A stretch of 64,000 bases of DNA from Carcharhinus amblyrhynchos (GCA_965287045.1 OZ336875.1:40238001-40302000); one strand, 5' to 3'; counted from the first letter of the stretch, positions 26,188 through 39,177 are shown. Numbers and translations are program-made. The notes: a model not told the origin generated them from the letters alone.

Positions 26188-26253
26188 TGTTCAATTTCCT
26201 TGCGATATCTCTCTTGTTCTTCAGTGGTTTTCTGTGAAATCTCTAACTTCCTT
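26188..26253 (-). CDS. USH1C: Harmonin exon, about exon 13 (coiled-coil 1)
   Basis: ttttag|AAGGAAG...TGAACA|gtaagt; 66 bp. Encodes RKLEISQKTTEEQERYRKEIE(Q). Confidence 0.95.
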
Positions 26254-27134
26254 CTAAAAATATTAAACATCATTTTAGAAATGCACTACTTTCTTTTAGA
26301 TACAAATGCAAGGTTAAAAAAGAATTTTAAAAAATGTTTCATTCAATTCATGTCTCAGCTTCCCATTTAATTTAATCAGACTTTCCCAATGTACTTATTT
26401 TGAGGTTGCATAATCTAAATCTTTACTCCCCCCTCCCTCTCCTTTTCTCCCCTCTCCTCCCCACAGGCATATGCAATTTGAAAGATACTGTGAACCACCT
26501 GTCACAAAAACTGTGGAGGATATAATACTCTATTTGATTTTCTCTTTAACACCACAAGGACAAGTGACATCCACCTTCATCTCTATACAGTGACACAGTT
26601 GAGACAATACTCAGAGGGAAAAAAATTAATCCTGAATTCTTGTGCCAATGGCATTGACTGTTGGAGCAATACCAAACAATGCCATCGCAACTATCGCGAC
26701 TAACACTAAATTGTTTGAAAGATCTATGTATTCAGGAGGAAAAAGGTTGTCAGCTACCTGTCTGATTACGTTCTTTAAAAAACAGGCACTGGGGCAATGT
26801 TCCTGTGTGCAGTTTGCAAGCAATAGAAAATTTCCATGCATTGAACAGAGTAAGGATTATAGCTGGATAGGTCAGAACAACAATTTAATTTGCATAACAA
26901 ATAATAAAACATGGCTCCAACATTGGCTAATCCCTTGCTGCTGTGAACTGGGTCCTGAAAATAAGATTTCAACCCACAATCAGTGAGGCTAGCTCGAGAG
27001 AGAGCATTACAATGTAAATGGAACAAAGGGGAACAGGCTTGGTCATTAACAATACAAGCTGCACTTTGTCCAAAATTGGTTGCATTATCAAGTTAATGTG
27101 AAACAGAATAAGAACAATAAAATGAAACTCAATA

Positions 27135-27260
27135 GGCGGGATTTTACAGCTTTGCTCATCCCAAAACCATAAAATCCCACCTAAGATCAATGGACTTTTC
27201 CATGGTCCACTCCTTGCACGCTCTGATTTCCGGGGCGGGCTGTATGGTAAAATTCTGGCC
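27135..27260. mobile_element. Small MITE with TIRs GGCGGGATTTTAC...GTAAAATTCTGGCC
   Basis: Terminal inverted repeats; related elements at 1533, 34381 and 43696. PIF/Harbinger affinity is an inference. Confidence 0.6.
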
Positions 27261-27955
27261 AATGACTAACTGTTGTAATATGAACTCAGAACAGTGACAT
27301 TTAAACATTTAATCCCACACAGATCTACTCTCAAGAGGTATCACTCTCATTTTATCACATAAACAGATGTTGATTCTTAAAGCATAAATAGACTTGGAGT
27401 TTTCAAGATGAAAAGCCACACCAAATATTCTCTGTTGCTCTAGTTTGTCAAAGATTTCAGAACTGTAATATTAATAATAATCTAAAAGATGTATGATATT
27501 CTCCATGTAATGAATTAACTAAATTACATACATCATTATTGAATGGATTTAACATATTGCAGATATCTTCCAGCTCCTGTGCATGATAACAGTAAAGACA
27601 ACTATGTCCTAATTTTGGTCATTAAGAATTTTACATTTTGTTCTGCACTGTTACAGAGACAACACAATTTTCAGGTGAGGTTATCAATCGGTTATCATTG
27701 GTACATAAGGGAATAATATTCTAAAAGGTTTCCTGAATTAGTGATTTGTTGCATACCTGAATATAGGTTTACTAATGCAGCAATAGAAGACCTCAACTGC
27801 AACTTGATCTGAGCTGGAATTTAGTTTGACCCAATTTGCTTGAAGGTCTGACCTCATACAAAACATGATGGTGAATTGATTGAAATAGTTAAAGTAAAAT
27901 AAAATCCTTCAAACGGATTCTGTGTAAGTATCGTGATTCACTGATAGCACTCACA

Positions 27956-28416
27956 CAGTGCCAAATTTAGACTTGGCGAGGCTCTAAGCTATATAAAGCT
28001 TGGAGGCCCCTTGTTAAAAAGTTAACACCAATAGGTCTTACAAAGGTGTGTACCAAAACAGGACATTCAAAAAATTAGAAACATAATTATGCCTTTTAAT
28101 TATTTAATAGCAAGGTATTTAAAGTAAAAAATTTCCTCAGCTGAGATTCCAGACTCTGTTGTCTCAGTAACAGAGGCACTAGGCTGTGGTTGTTTTGGAC
28201 TTTGCTGATCACCTTGGGTTGGTGGATCCTTATCTGTTTCTGGACTAAAGTAACTTTTGGTTATTCTTTGAGTTGCTCTTCAAGCTGGTGCTTTTTCTTT
28301 TCTGGTGTCCACTCTTAAATGTTCTCTTCATTGTAAAGCTTCTGAAATTTTGTGAGGCCCCTGCAGATTTTGTGAGGCCTGAAGCTGTAGCTTGTTTATG
28401 CCTAAATCCAGCACTG
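27956..28416. mobile_element. hAT-type MITE, 461 bp
   Basis: TIRs cagtgccaaatttag and ctaaatccagcactg; 8-bp TSD cactcaca/cactcacg; subterminal gaggcccc repeats. Confidence 0.85.
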
Positions 28417-28560
28417 CACTCACGTCCCTGTGGGATCAATTTCCAATTTAGAGACTACAGCATATAATCTAATTTGACATCTCAGTGCTGTACTGATGGA
28501 ACTGCACTGGAATTTTGGAGGTTATTTGGAGTTTCCACTTTCCCTCTGAGTTGGAAGACT

Positions 28561-28597
28561 TCACCTGATGAAGGAGCAGTACTCTGAAAATTTGTGA
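28561..28597 (+). ncRNA. Minimal type-I hammerhead ribozyme motif with intact catalytic core
   Basis: TCAC CTGATGA A GGAG-cagta-CTCT GAA AATT T GTGA: helix I TCAC/GTGA, CUGAUGA core, helix II, GAAA and palindromic helix III. Confidence 0.7.
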
Positions 28598-28681
28598 TTT
28601 CAAATAAACCTGTTGGACTATAACCTGGTGTTGTGTGACCTCCCATCTTGTCCATCCCAGTCCAACACCAGCATCACCAAA
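28561..28681 (+). mobile_element. Penelope-derived 3' terminal fragment
   Basis: aaataaacctgttggactataacctggtgttgtg...cccagtccaacaccagcatc, shared with the other copies. Confidence 0.8.
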
Positions 28682-28935
28682 TCTGTGTGGAGTTTGCACT
28701 TTCTTTCCATGTCTGCGTGGGTTTCTTTCGAGTGCTCCAGTTTCGTCCCACAGTCCAGAGATATGCAGATTAGGTAAACTGGCCATGCTAAATTTCCACT
28801 TAGTGGCCCAAATTGTGGGTTAGCTATGGTAAAATATGGAGTTACAGTGGCAAAGTGGAGGAGATGGTCTGGATGAGATAGTCTGTCACAGGATAAGCCA
28901 GATGGTCTCTTGTGCACTAAAGGGATCCTATGATT
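28682..28935 (+). mobile_element. 5'-truncated V-SINE
   Basis: ctgtgtggagtttgcac V-domain and a degraded tail. Confidence 0.8.
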
Positions 28936-29467
28936 GGTTGCTGCACTTCCTACAATAATGAATATTGTTCATAAGTACCATCTGGCTGTAAAGTAATTTA
29001 AAACAACCTAAGGTTGTGAAGGTGATTTTGATTTTTTTCATTTATTTTCTTCCAACAGTACAAATAAATGAAGCTATTGTTCAATCGCTGCAAAACTTTT
29101 CTTGCAAAATAATAAAAAAGAATTATTACAATGTAAAATCCTGCCTATTGAGTTTCATTTTATTGTTCTTATTCTGTTTCACATTAACTCGATAATGCAA
29201 CCAATTTTGGACAAAGTGCAGCTTGTATTGTTAGTGACCAAGCTTGTTTCCCTTTGTTCCATTTGCATTGTAATGCTCCATTAAAAAAGAATAGTGTTAC
29301 AATTTAAACAGCAAACATTGGTGTGCTGAACTGTATGCAGGTAAAAAGAAATAGAGATCAGGAAACTGCCTTGGCTCAGTTGTGAGCAGACAAAGAAGCT
29401 ACAATTTCTCTATAGTTTTGGAAGCTGAATGGCTTGTATGACAGACCTTGAGGGAAAGGTGACCCAT

Positions 29468-30153
29468 CAGGTGCAGCAGGTGGTCAGGAAGGCGAATGGG
29501 ATGCTGGCCTTCATAGCGAGGGGGATTGAATATAAAAGTAGGGAGGTCTTGCTGCAGCTGTATAGGGCATTGGTGAGGCCGCAACTGGAGTACTGTGTGC
29601 ATTTTTGGGCGCCGCACCTGCGCAAAGATATTTTGGCCTTGGAGGGAGTGCAGAGGAGGTTTACTAGGCTGATACCGGAGTTGAGGGGGTTGAGCTATGA
29701 GGAGAGGCTGAATAAACTGGGCTTGTACTCGTTAGAGTTTAGAAGAATGAGAGGAGATCTCATTGAGACGTATAAGATGATGAATGGGATGGATAGGATA
29801 GAGGTGGAAAGACTCTTTCCCGCTCAAAAAAGACAGTAGGACTAGGGGGCACAGCCTCAAGATAAAAGGGGGGCAGTTTAGAACGGAGTTGAGGAGGAAC
29901 TTCTTCACTCAAAGGGTGGTGAATCTCTGGAATTCTCTGCCCGTTGAAGTGGTGGAGGCTGCCTCGCTAAATATTTTTAAGACGCGGGTTGATGGGTTTT
30001 TGATAGGAGAGGGGATTAAGGGTTATGGGGAGAGGGCGGGAAAGTGCAACTGAGCAGCGACAGATCAGCCATGATCTTATTGAATGGCGGGGCAGGCTCG
30101 AAGGGCTGGATGGCCTACTCCTGCTCCTATTTCTTATGTTCTTATGTTCTTAT
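29468..30153 (+). mobile_element. Young CR1 3' fragment with (TTCTTATG)n tail
   Basis: QVQQVVRKANGMLAFIARGIEYKS...; nearly identical to the copies at 45601 and 49305. Confidence 0.95.
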
Positions 30154-30320
30154 TATAAGATTAACACTGCCGTGTTCTTTCTGAATATTTTTGTTAGTTC
30201 GCTCAGCAAATAAATACAATTAGAAGATGATGTCTGACTGAGGCCAGTCTGAAAAGGGCATGAATTTTGTTTCATTGCACTGTAGAAATGTCATAAAGCA
30301 ACTTGAAAGTAACAACTCAC

Positions 30321-30463
30321 AGCCTCTCTTTCTCTTGTTGTTCTTTCACGATCTTGTTGGTTTCCATCGCTACCTTTTTCTGGTGCATCAATTCCTGACG
30401 TTCTTGCTCACGTCGGTAATATTCATTAATTCGTTCTTCTTCTGTCTGGAATAGCTCTTTCCC
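30321..30463 (-). CDS. USH1C: Harmonin exon, about exon 12 (coiled-coil 1)
   Basis: ttccag|GGGAAA...AGGCT|gtgagt; 143 bp. Encodes GKELFQTEEERINEYYRREQERQELMHQKKVAMETNKIVKEQQEKER(L). Confidence 0.96.
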
Positions 30464-30581
30464 CTGGAATGAAAAGCACAATGTGAAGAAATAAGCTATT
30501 GATGTTACAGGCATTCACTCTCTGATGTGACTAGAAGGGCTCTCATTTTTATATGTAGCCCTTCTGTTCATTTCTTAGCCT

Positions 30582-30886
30582 ATCATAGAATCACAGAATC
30601 CCTACAGCACAGAAGAAGGACCTTCAACCCATCAAGCCTGCACTGACAACAACGCTACCCAAGTCCTATCCCCATAATCCACACAATTATCCCACTAATT
30701 CCCCTGGCACTAAGTGGCAATTTATCATGGCCAACCTACCTAACCTGTAGATCTTGGGAATGTGGGAGGAAACCGGAGCACCTGAAAGAAACCCATGCAG
30801 ACTTGGGGAGAATGTGAAAACTCCATGCAGTCACCTGAGGCTGGAAGCGAACTCTGTCAGACAGCAGAGCTAATCACTGTACCACC
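30582..30886 (-). mobile_element. HE1-like V-SINE
   Basis: Reverse-complement V-domain tgtgggaggaaaccggagcacc and tail catagaatcacagaatc. Confidence 0.88.
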
Positions 30887-33800
30887 CCAAGTTGTGAAGT
30901 TTTCATGATTTTCATCATTATCTTCAATATTAAAGGAATTCAATTATATCCCATTATCTTTTGATTTATCCTCCTCTTCTTTCTATTACTAAAGGTAATG
31001 TGACAATAGGTATGAGATTATGGAATTAGCTCGACTCCTAGTGCCCATCTTTGGAACAATAACCTTATGGATACAAACATGATCTCAGGAGAAATATGTT
31101 ATTCTTTACAATTGTTTTCAATCCTTCCTCCACAGATGCTTTGTGAAAGGATATTACACAACTTGAGAACCTCGGATTATACACAATAGAGAGCATTGTG
31201 TTGATAAGTAGACCCAAATCTCATAACGTGGCTAATAAATGTATAGTATACTCTGACCCTAAGAGCAAATGGAATAGCAACACAAAATCTTACTGCATCA
31301 CCAAATTAAATATATTAAAACAATAGTGAACTAAAATGCACTGAATTAAACTATTCATGTAAAATGGAAAAAGTCAGATGAAATGGAAATCTTTAAACCG
31401 CAAAGCCAGTCAATCAATACTGAAAAGATAAGTTAAAATTTATCTGTATGTCTTTTTTGAATGAGGGGTTGTGAGGGAAGATTTGAATGGCTTGCCGCAT
31501 CTTGCACGGGGGAACCTGTTGCAAGAGAAGCTGTACAATCCAGGTATATGGGCTATGTGCCTCAAGGATAGGTTATATAGAAAAAAGGTCAGGTGGCAAG
31601 TGGAGTGGAAAACGCTGCTCAATCATATCAACATCTTCAAAGAAAAGTACAACCAATACAACAGATATTTTGGTATTGAAGCAATATGTAATATTTTACA
31701 GCTTTCTCTTAACAAATCTCTTTCTTTTATATGAAAAAGTTGTTACAAGATAGTTATCCAATGCACCCTCTGGACAGAGCAAATTAATGTGTAACAAAGC
31801 AATGAATTTTTTCAACCTTCGTAATGCTAGGCCATGACGCACGATATATCAAGTGAGGAGCAATTAGCTGTCAACACACTTGTGTCACCATTAGGTTCAA
31901 CTCTACCATTAAATGGAGCCTCAGAGTCACATCACGTACGATAGATACCACTGCGTTTTACAATTTGATCAGAAGTTACCAAGAGTTAGATTTGATTGCC
32001 TTCTAGGCTCTGTCATTCACTTTTTAAAAATATTTCCACCTTACAATACCAATTATTTGTGATTTATGACAGGAAAAATTGTTCCACTTGAGGGCTGATC
32101 ATGTACCCTTCACCAAGTTCCCTTCCCACTGTCATTAATCCATCAGGTTACATTTCTGATAATACTCATGCATTCTCTCTTTTCCATTTCACCAATTAAA
32201 CAATTTATGGCCTTTGGTTCAGTTTAATTCATGTCAACGATCATGCCCTATTGCCCATCATACCTCAAATCTTTAATTTTAGATATATTTATTTTCCATA
32301 TTTCACCATTTTAGTAGATTGTAAATTGCCATTTTAATATTTTATGTGCTAAGATTGGATCAACCATAATTTTGGTATCTTGTTCTGTTCAATTGCTATT
32401 AAAATACTTCATTCAATTAAAAAATCTATTATTCTTTTAATTTTTCATTTGTTACTTATCATAACAGCACATTAAATTAATTATGTCATCTAAAATATTG
32501 AATTGAGGTTTATTTTCAAGTTTGAGATTACAAGACAAGGAAAGGAGCTGCATGGCACAATGCAGTAAACGACAGCATCAACATCTCCAGGAGATAGTGG
32601 TGACAGACTGTATCCTCCAACTCATGCTGGGTAACTCCATGGGAGATCATGCAGCAATATATTAGCAATCTGTCTGTGGACAGTTCCTCATACTGCATTG
32701 GTAGAAGGGTGCATTTACAGTGTAAACAGATTACATGTGCAGTTTTCATAATACATATGGATATAGGAACTTAGAATGGACATGTAAAAAAAATCACGCC
32801 ACATGATTGAGTTTAAGAAGGGGGTTAAATTATATCTGCATATCCTGGTTCAATTACCCGATGTTAGTTACCTTTTCCTAAAAGACCATCTTTGGTCTTA
32901 CCTTTCTATTTGTGATGCTATAGGAGATTTACTATTTTGCTTTACTTTTTTTAAAAAAAATGAGCACCTAGTTGAAGAATCATTATGTAAGCTACCTTCA
33001 GAAAAAGTACAAGGAAAATCAGAAAGCAGCTTAGGTTACTTATCAGCATTTGAAAATATCTAGAAAATAGATATTAGGGGAATTGTATTATTTAAATAAG
33101 AGATCATTTGATGTAATTCCAAACAGAAGGCATCCCAAGTTCTTTACATGATCAAAACAGGCCATCTGTTTTTAAGTAACAGTATTCAAACACTGTTGAG
33201 TACTATGGACTTTTTTAAAAGTTAATTGACAAGATGTTAGCAACACTGGTAAAGTCAGATCTGTTGTACATCTCCATTTTTCTAAGATGTCAGTGCCCTT
33301 TTCCTTCAATCACTGCAGTTTTTCTATGGTCCTGTTCCCATGATATAGTGTTAATTAGTGAATTTAAGAATATGGAACTGTTCATTGGTTAAGTGGATTT
33401 TTAAAGAGGAGCCCTCAGTCCTCTGATTTTGTAAACATAATCCTTGACCTCATCAACATTTTGTTCATGTTTAAAAAAAATCCCTTTTATCTCCCTCAAT
33501 ATTATCAAATATGCCACAGACTGGGAGACTAAGATTCAGATGTTTTTAGGGACTTAGGGAGCATACCAAGCCTTTCTTGGTCATTTTAATTATTAAACCT
33601 GCTTTTCAGATATTTCCTCCAAAACATAAGGATTGGGAGGTGGTGGTTAATCAGAATGCTCCAGCCATCATGACATGAGACAGGATTGATGAAACAACTG
33701 GCCTTTTCGAAATTTTGTGTCTTTGTATGACCGTACTTCTAAAACCTAAGGAGGTTGATTCCTGATGCAGCTTGAACATTGAGACTGGATCTTAGGTGAT

Positions 33801-34004
33801 GCACCCTTTTTTATACCTTAAATCTTTATTTTGTTTTGCCCATTTCCCCTATAAAAATATCGTCTACTGCAACTTGGTCTCACCAACTTTTTTCTCCCAG
33901 ATCGAATACTCTTGGTGGATTAAATATTACTGCATGCAACTTTGGGTACAATTATCTATATTTTTTCAGAAAGTTACATTTTATGAAAGTATATCTTTAT
34001 GAAA

Positions 34005-34330
34005 AGGGCAGCACAGTGGCACAGTGGTTAGCACTGCTGCCTTGCAGCACCAGGGACCCAGGTTCAATTCTGGCCTCGGGTCACTGTCTGTGTGGAGTTT
34101 GCATGTTCTCCTCGTGTCTGCGTGGGTTTCCTCCAGGTGTTCCGGTTTTCTCCCACAGTCCAAAGATGAGTGGGTTGGGTTGATTGGCCATGCTAAAATT
34201 GATCCTAGTGTTAAGGGATTAGCAGGATAAATATGTGGGGTTGTGGGAGTAGGGCTTGGGTGGGATTATGGTTGGTGCAGTCTCAATGGGTCGAATGGCC
34301 TCCTTCTGCACTTACAATTCTACAGCTTCA
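34005..34330 (+). mobile_element. HE1-like V-SINE
   Basis: Full head, V-domain and tail. Confidence 0.92.
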
Positions 34331-34380
34331 AACTATCCTTAAATAACCTCTCTAAAAGCACCTCTGTAGAAAAGTCATAT

Positions 34381-34527
34381 GGACGGGATTCTCTGGCCTC
34401 CCCCACAGCGTGTGCTGCTGTCAATGGAATTTCCTACAGAATCCACGCTGCGGCCCTGAGAAACCCTCAGTTGGGGGTCTGCCATCAGTGGGACTGGACG
34501 ATCGCACTGGCATGAAAATCCCACCCC
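34381..34527. mobile_element. Small MITE (ggacgggattct...aaaatcccaccc)
   Basis: Short imperfect TIRs related to 27135-27260. Confidence 0.5.
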
Positions 34528-34671
34528 TCAACTCTGTTTCTCTCTCCACAGATGCTGCCGGACCTGCTGAGCTTTTCCAGAATTTCAGGTTTTCAGCATT
34601 TGCAGTATTTTATTTTTATCTCAAAATCACTTGGTTTTCTTGTTGTTGTTCTCAAAGTGGTTAATACTTAC

Positions 34672-34728
34672 TGCGCCAGTGAGCACAACGATCGTCAGGC
34701 TTCTGCTGCTTTTCAGCACTCGGACAGC
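34672..34728 (-). CDS. USH1C: Harmonin exon, about exon 11 (end of PDZ2)
   Basis: caacag|GCTGTC...GGCGCA|gtaagt; 57 bp. Encodes AVRVLKSSRSLTIVVLTGA. Confidence 0.95.
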
Positions 34729-35586
34729 CTGTTGCAAAAGAAAAGCAAAGATTTATGAACCAATTCAAAGCAAACTGACTTTGCTTTTTTGTCACAAGGT
34801 GAGAGAAGTAACTATAGAAGGCAGGTAAAACCATCTTGTGATTTATGCACCCAAATGGACCCTGGCATATTTTATTCTAACCTACTCCTATCAGCGGAAA
34901 TTCCCCACACACTCACAGGTCACCTTCCCACCCTTTTTGGTTGGAGGTTGGGGGTCTCGGGACAACAATTTTCCTGGCAGTATGTAGAGGAGCCATGTGA
35001 GCCAGCCCACATGCTGTTAAGGTTGGCATGGTAAGTAGATTCACCACCCTCCTTGTCCCCCACTTACTCACCTGAATCACTTACCAAGTTCAAATCAGAG
35101 ATAAAATGGTTTGTATTGTAATATATCACCAAAAAAAGTAATTTTCATGGGATTCTTTGAATATTCACGTTGTATTTAATAAGTGATTCAGAAATTCCTT
35201 GCACATGTTGATCAATTTTTACATGAAGAAAACTTCTGTAATATTTGTCTGAAATTTGCTGTTGACTAATTTGGACTAATGTTCCCAGGTAGTAATTCCA
35301 TTGTTGGGATTACCATTCTCGTCCAAAGTCCAGGGCAGGGACCATGAGTATTTCCCATTGTGGAGCCCAGTGGGAATTTGCACCAAATCACAAACCCAAA
35401 CTTCTATAAGCTTCTTTGTCGTGACTCACCATGGAAGGATAAATGGCCTGATGATCCCAGGGAGCTCTGCTCCACAGGTTTAGCATCATTTCCCTCAATG
35501 CAGAGGAGCTGGGAGTGACATCCTGTAAACCTGAGGATGAGGAGGATGCCAAGTTGTGTCTCCAATCCTGCATGGTAGGAGGTTAT

Positions 35587-35801
35587 GATGTAGAGATGCT
35601 GGCATTGGACTGGGGTAAACACAGTAAGAAGTCTCACAACACCAGGTTAGAGTCCAACTAGTTTATTTGATAGTAGTCCCACAAGCTTTCGGTAACCCTT
35701 CCACACACCTGACAAAGGAATACTATTTCTGAAATCTTGTGGGATAACTATCAAATAAACTGGTTGGATTCTAACCTGGTGTTGTGAGACTTCTTACTGT
35801 G
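35587..35801. mobile_element. Short palindromic Penelope-derived element with a degenerate hammerhead
   Basis: Inverted arms cacagtaagaagtctcacaacaccaggttag and ctaacctggtgttgtgagacttcttactgtg; core remnant CAC CTGACAA A GGAA..TTCT GAAA TCTT GTG at 35706-35741. Confidence 0.8.
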
Positions 35802-36059
35802 GCAGGAGGTTGCCAGGGTGGTCAATACCCACAGTCTCCACCAGAGGACTGCCCTGCAGTGCCAGAAATAGATCAATGACTGAAGAGATCACTCAACTGC
35901 TCACAGTCACCTCACTGAATGGTGCAGGGCTCAGTAACAAGGGTGGCCCTACATTAAAGAGCTACTTAATGTGACAAGATGATGTCTCATACCCCTAATG
36001 CAATCCATCCAATCTGCAGATGGAGAGGCCACTGCAGATCTTTGATCTGCACTGTTGGA

Positions 36060-37700
36060 GGGCGGGGTGGGGGTGGGGCGGTGTTGGCAGCAGCTGGTGG
36101 TTTATGTATTGAGGGCAAGCACCGCTAATGACATGGCCTCTGTGAGCCTTATCCTTCAACTCGCAGGGACTCACTATTCTGCAGTGTGCTTCCTCAGAAC
36201 CCAAATCAGCAAAGAGCAGGCAGACAGTCTCCTCCGTCTCACATGCCATTCTACTGAGGACCTTCACCACCTCTGCTTGACATTCCCCCAATTCTCGCAG
36301 CATCTCCAGCATTTCATGCAGGGCCGATCCCAAAGGCCCATCCTGCAGTGCATCAATCATATAGCACACAATCAGAGGGTGATTTATAAGGATGGAAGCA
36401 TGAGAAAGATAAATGAAACCTGTTCACTCTCAACACCATCTTCTCTTTCTGTGCAAAAGAAGTTACAGCACAACTGGAGACAGAGGGAGAGAGAAGACTT
36501 GAGCCAGGGGGGGAGCAACCTGAATTGAAGAACCTTACTGAGTTTGAGAACCAGGCAGCCCAGTAAACGAGGGAGGAACCAGACTGATGTTCTGCAGGTA
36601 TAGAGGTTAGTAGTAAGGATCCAGTAAGGATCCATGCAGTTACATAGAAACTGAAGGGTTATGTGTTCCCTCATGTTTCAAACAGCTCATGTAGTCACTC
36701 GCTCTTTCCTCTTACAATTACAGGTGCCAGCAGGCAGAAGGGAAGGCCAGATGAAGTAATCCTGTCCAGGAGTACTGCCAGCCGTCACAGGACCAAGGGC
36801 TTTTGTGAAAAGAAACAAAAAGTGCACCTTGTGGAGGTGTCACAGCAGTCACCTGCACCCTTCACCAGCCCAGGGACAACACCTCGGGGGACAATGGACA
36901 TGGTTCAGCAGGATTTCGCATTCGGGTGGTCACCACATGGATACATATCCATTGCCGAAGGAATCGGGGCCAGCCAAATTCACCAGCACTCAGAGGTTTG
37001 CTGAGGAAGAGCCATCTGCGATATCTAAGTTGAATGATGGGCCTTTGGGATCGGCCCTACATGAAATGCTGGAGATGCTGTGAGAATCAGGGCAACGTCA
37101 AGCAGAGATGGTGAAGGTCCTCAATAGAATGGCATGTGAGACGGAGGAGACAGTCTGCCTGCTCTTTGCTGATTTGGTTCTGACCTGTAAACACATGGAG
37201 GGTTCCATAGGAAAGATGACAAAAGCCATGGAAAACTATGTCAAACAGAAGGCCAAGTTTCTTTCAGAGATGCACGCACACCTGCACTTCATCGCTATCA
37301 TGGGTGAGAACTTGCTGTGGTTACACAAGAAGGGGATGGGGCACCTCAACCTCCCTGCAGGGCCGCTACTCAAGGAATTAGTTAGGGGCTCTTGGGCACC
37401 CAAAGGGTGCAGGCACGGCTATTGTACACCCCGGGACCTCCATGCAATACTCTGAGGGTGGCTAGCCCTTCAGAATCCCTCTTGCCTGTGGCCCCTTCAG
37501 CTTCATTCTTTGACCAAGGAGCAGAAGAGCCAAAGTGTGCTGGGGCTCTCCAGGCCTCGGATCTCCAAAGGACGTTCCGCCTCCGCCCCCCCCACCTCCC
37601 CCCACCCAGTGTCATCCAAGACAAGAGGGCAAACTGGTCAGTAGGTGGCCTCCAACTCTGCTGTGGATATTGGGGGAGCTTCAAGGAGAAGTGGTAAGGA
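36060..37700 (+). pseudogene. Possible decayed Myb/SANT-like gene of a PIF/Harbinger transposon
   Basis: Fragments such as KLQHNWRQRERRLEPGGEQPELKNLTEFENQA recall the K.AHN.RE..TGGG...LT..E motif; many stops and frameshifts; no TIRs confirmed. Confidence 0.35.
36194..37183. repeat. Dispersed inverted repeat: 36194-36342 versus 37036-37183
   Basis: About 149 bp and highly similar; the same peptide (DGPLGSALHEMLEML...MACETEETVCLLFADL) appears on both strands of the ORF track. Confidence 0.95.
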
Positions 37701-39177
37701 ATGAAAGATTAATTAGTTAAAATTTCACATGTACTTGCACAGGTGCACTATAATATATAATTGTTAATGTTCTTCCATTTATGTATATAGACTACACTTG
37801 TACTTTAATGAGGTCTGATGTGGTTTAATTGTGTTTCATAATCATTAAGGCTGTGTGCCGCCACGTCTCCCCACCTCCGCTCTCCCAACCTCCGCGCGGC
37901 CCAACCCCCCACCTTCCTCTTCTTCAGGGGGACACCACATGCTGGGTCCATTTCCCTCAGAATCATATATGTGCAGGGGGGCAAAGATCTTTGCTGGGTC
38001 CCTTGTGAGCCATGTACTAGAAGCCTCTTGTACACATTGAGACTTTGCCCTTCACACACTCATTTATTAAAATGCCTCTGCATTATAGGTTCTATGTGCT
38101 TGTGTTCCCCTTCAGTTGTCCAGTTGAGCTGTCCTGCTGCTCTCTCCAGCCCCGGTAACCCAACTTCCAAGCAGCATCTCAAAATCTCAACCTCAAGGCT
38201 TCAGGTAGTGGCAAGCAACCATGTTGCGTGTGGCTTTTCAGGTAGAGTCCAACATTTTCCAAATTCCTACTGTGGCCCACATCCTTACCCACCATAACCA
38301 CTGACCATCTGGTGTGACGTTTGACCCTCTGTCCCATGCAGATGAATGTCACATTCTCTGCCTCCCTGAGGAGTTCAATCCCCCTGACATCAGACAAGCC
38401 ATCCCCAACCCTCACCATCCCTTCCTATCAACAATTCCCTCAGTATGCCTCCCAGAATTCATCAGTTGTCACCAAAGATGCCTCACTCTAACCAGGTTTC
38501 CCTACTCCCCCATGCCCATTCACTCTGGCACTACTGTCATGCCCATTCACACTAATACAGCCCCCCTTGCCTGTTTACATCTGTACAATGCTGGCAACAC
38601 TCCACCAGGAACATTTCAACCCCCCACTCAATAAGCCACTTATTCATTCCTCACTCATTCCATGGTCCCCTCAGCATCCTTCTTTTCCCCCTACCACACC
38701 AACTTCCCCATCGGCGAGATTTGCGATTTCCATGTTTCTCCAGATCTTGAGCCCCCACTGGTGATCTTGCAGATGGAGAGTATGGGTTCAAGATCCTACC
38801 CTATGTCAAATCCAATGGGTTCCTCTTTTTAACTTTTTAAGCTTTTTCATTTTGGTCACTTTATATATTCTACTATGAAAATGGATACAAAGGGGAATAT
38901 AATTTTAACTTGGCTCCCTGGGTGGGAAGCACATGGGATCAGGTGAAGTAACAGTTTTTACACCTTGTCCAATATTTATTTCCATTGACTAATGGAGTGT
39001 ACAATTGGTTAGCATGTAAAATAAACCTTGTATCCAAACCTATCAGTGTCATGACAGGCCGGTTAGATTAAAATTGTCCCCTTTCGAATTAATTTAACAA
39101 GTGTGCCATGTTGTTACTATTAGAAATGGGCATCAGATAAAAATAAATTTAATTTCACAGAAACTTTTTTTTATTAC

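Larger units (their letters stand above)
27002..29278. repeat. Dispersed inverted repeat: 27002-27148 versus 29132-29278
   Basis: 147 bp, ungapped, 6 mismatches by manual alignment. Confidence 0.95.
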
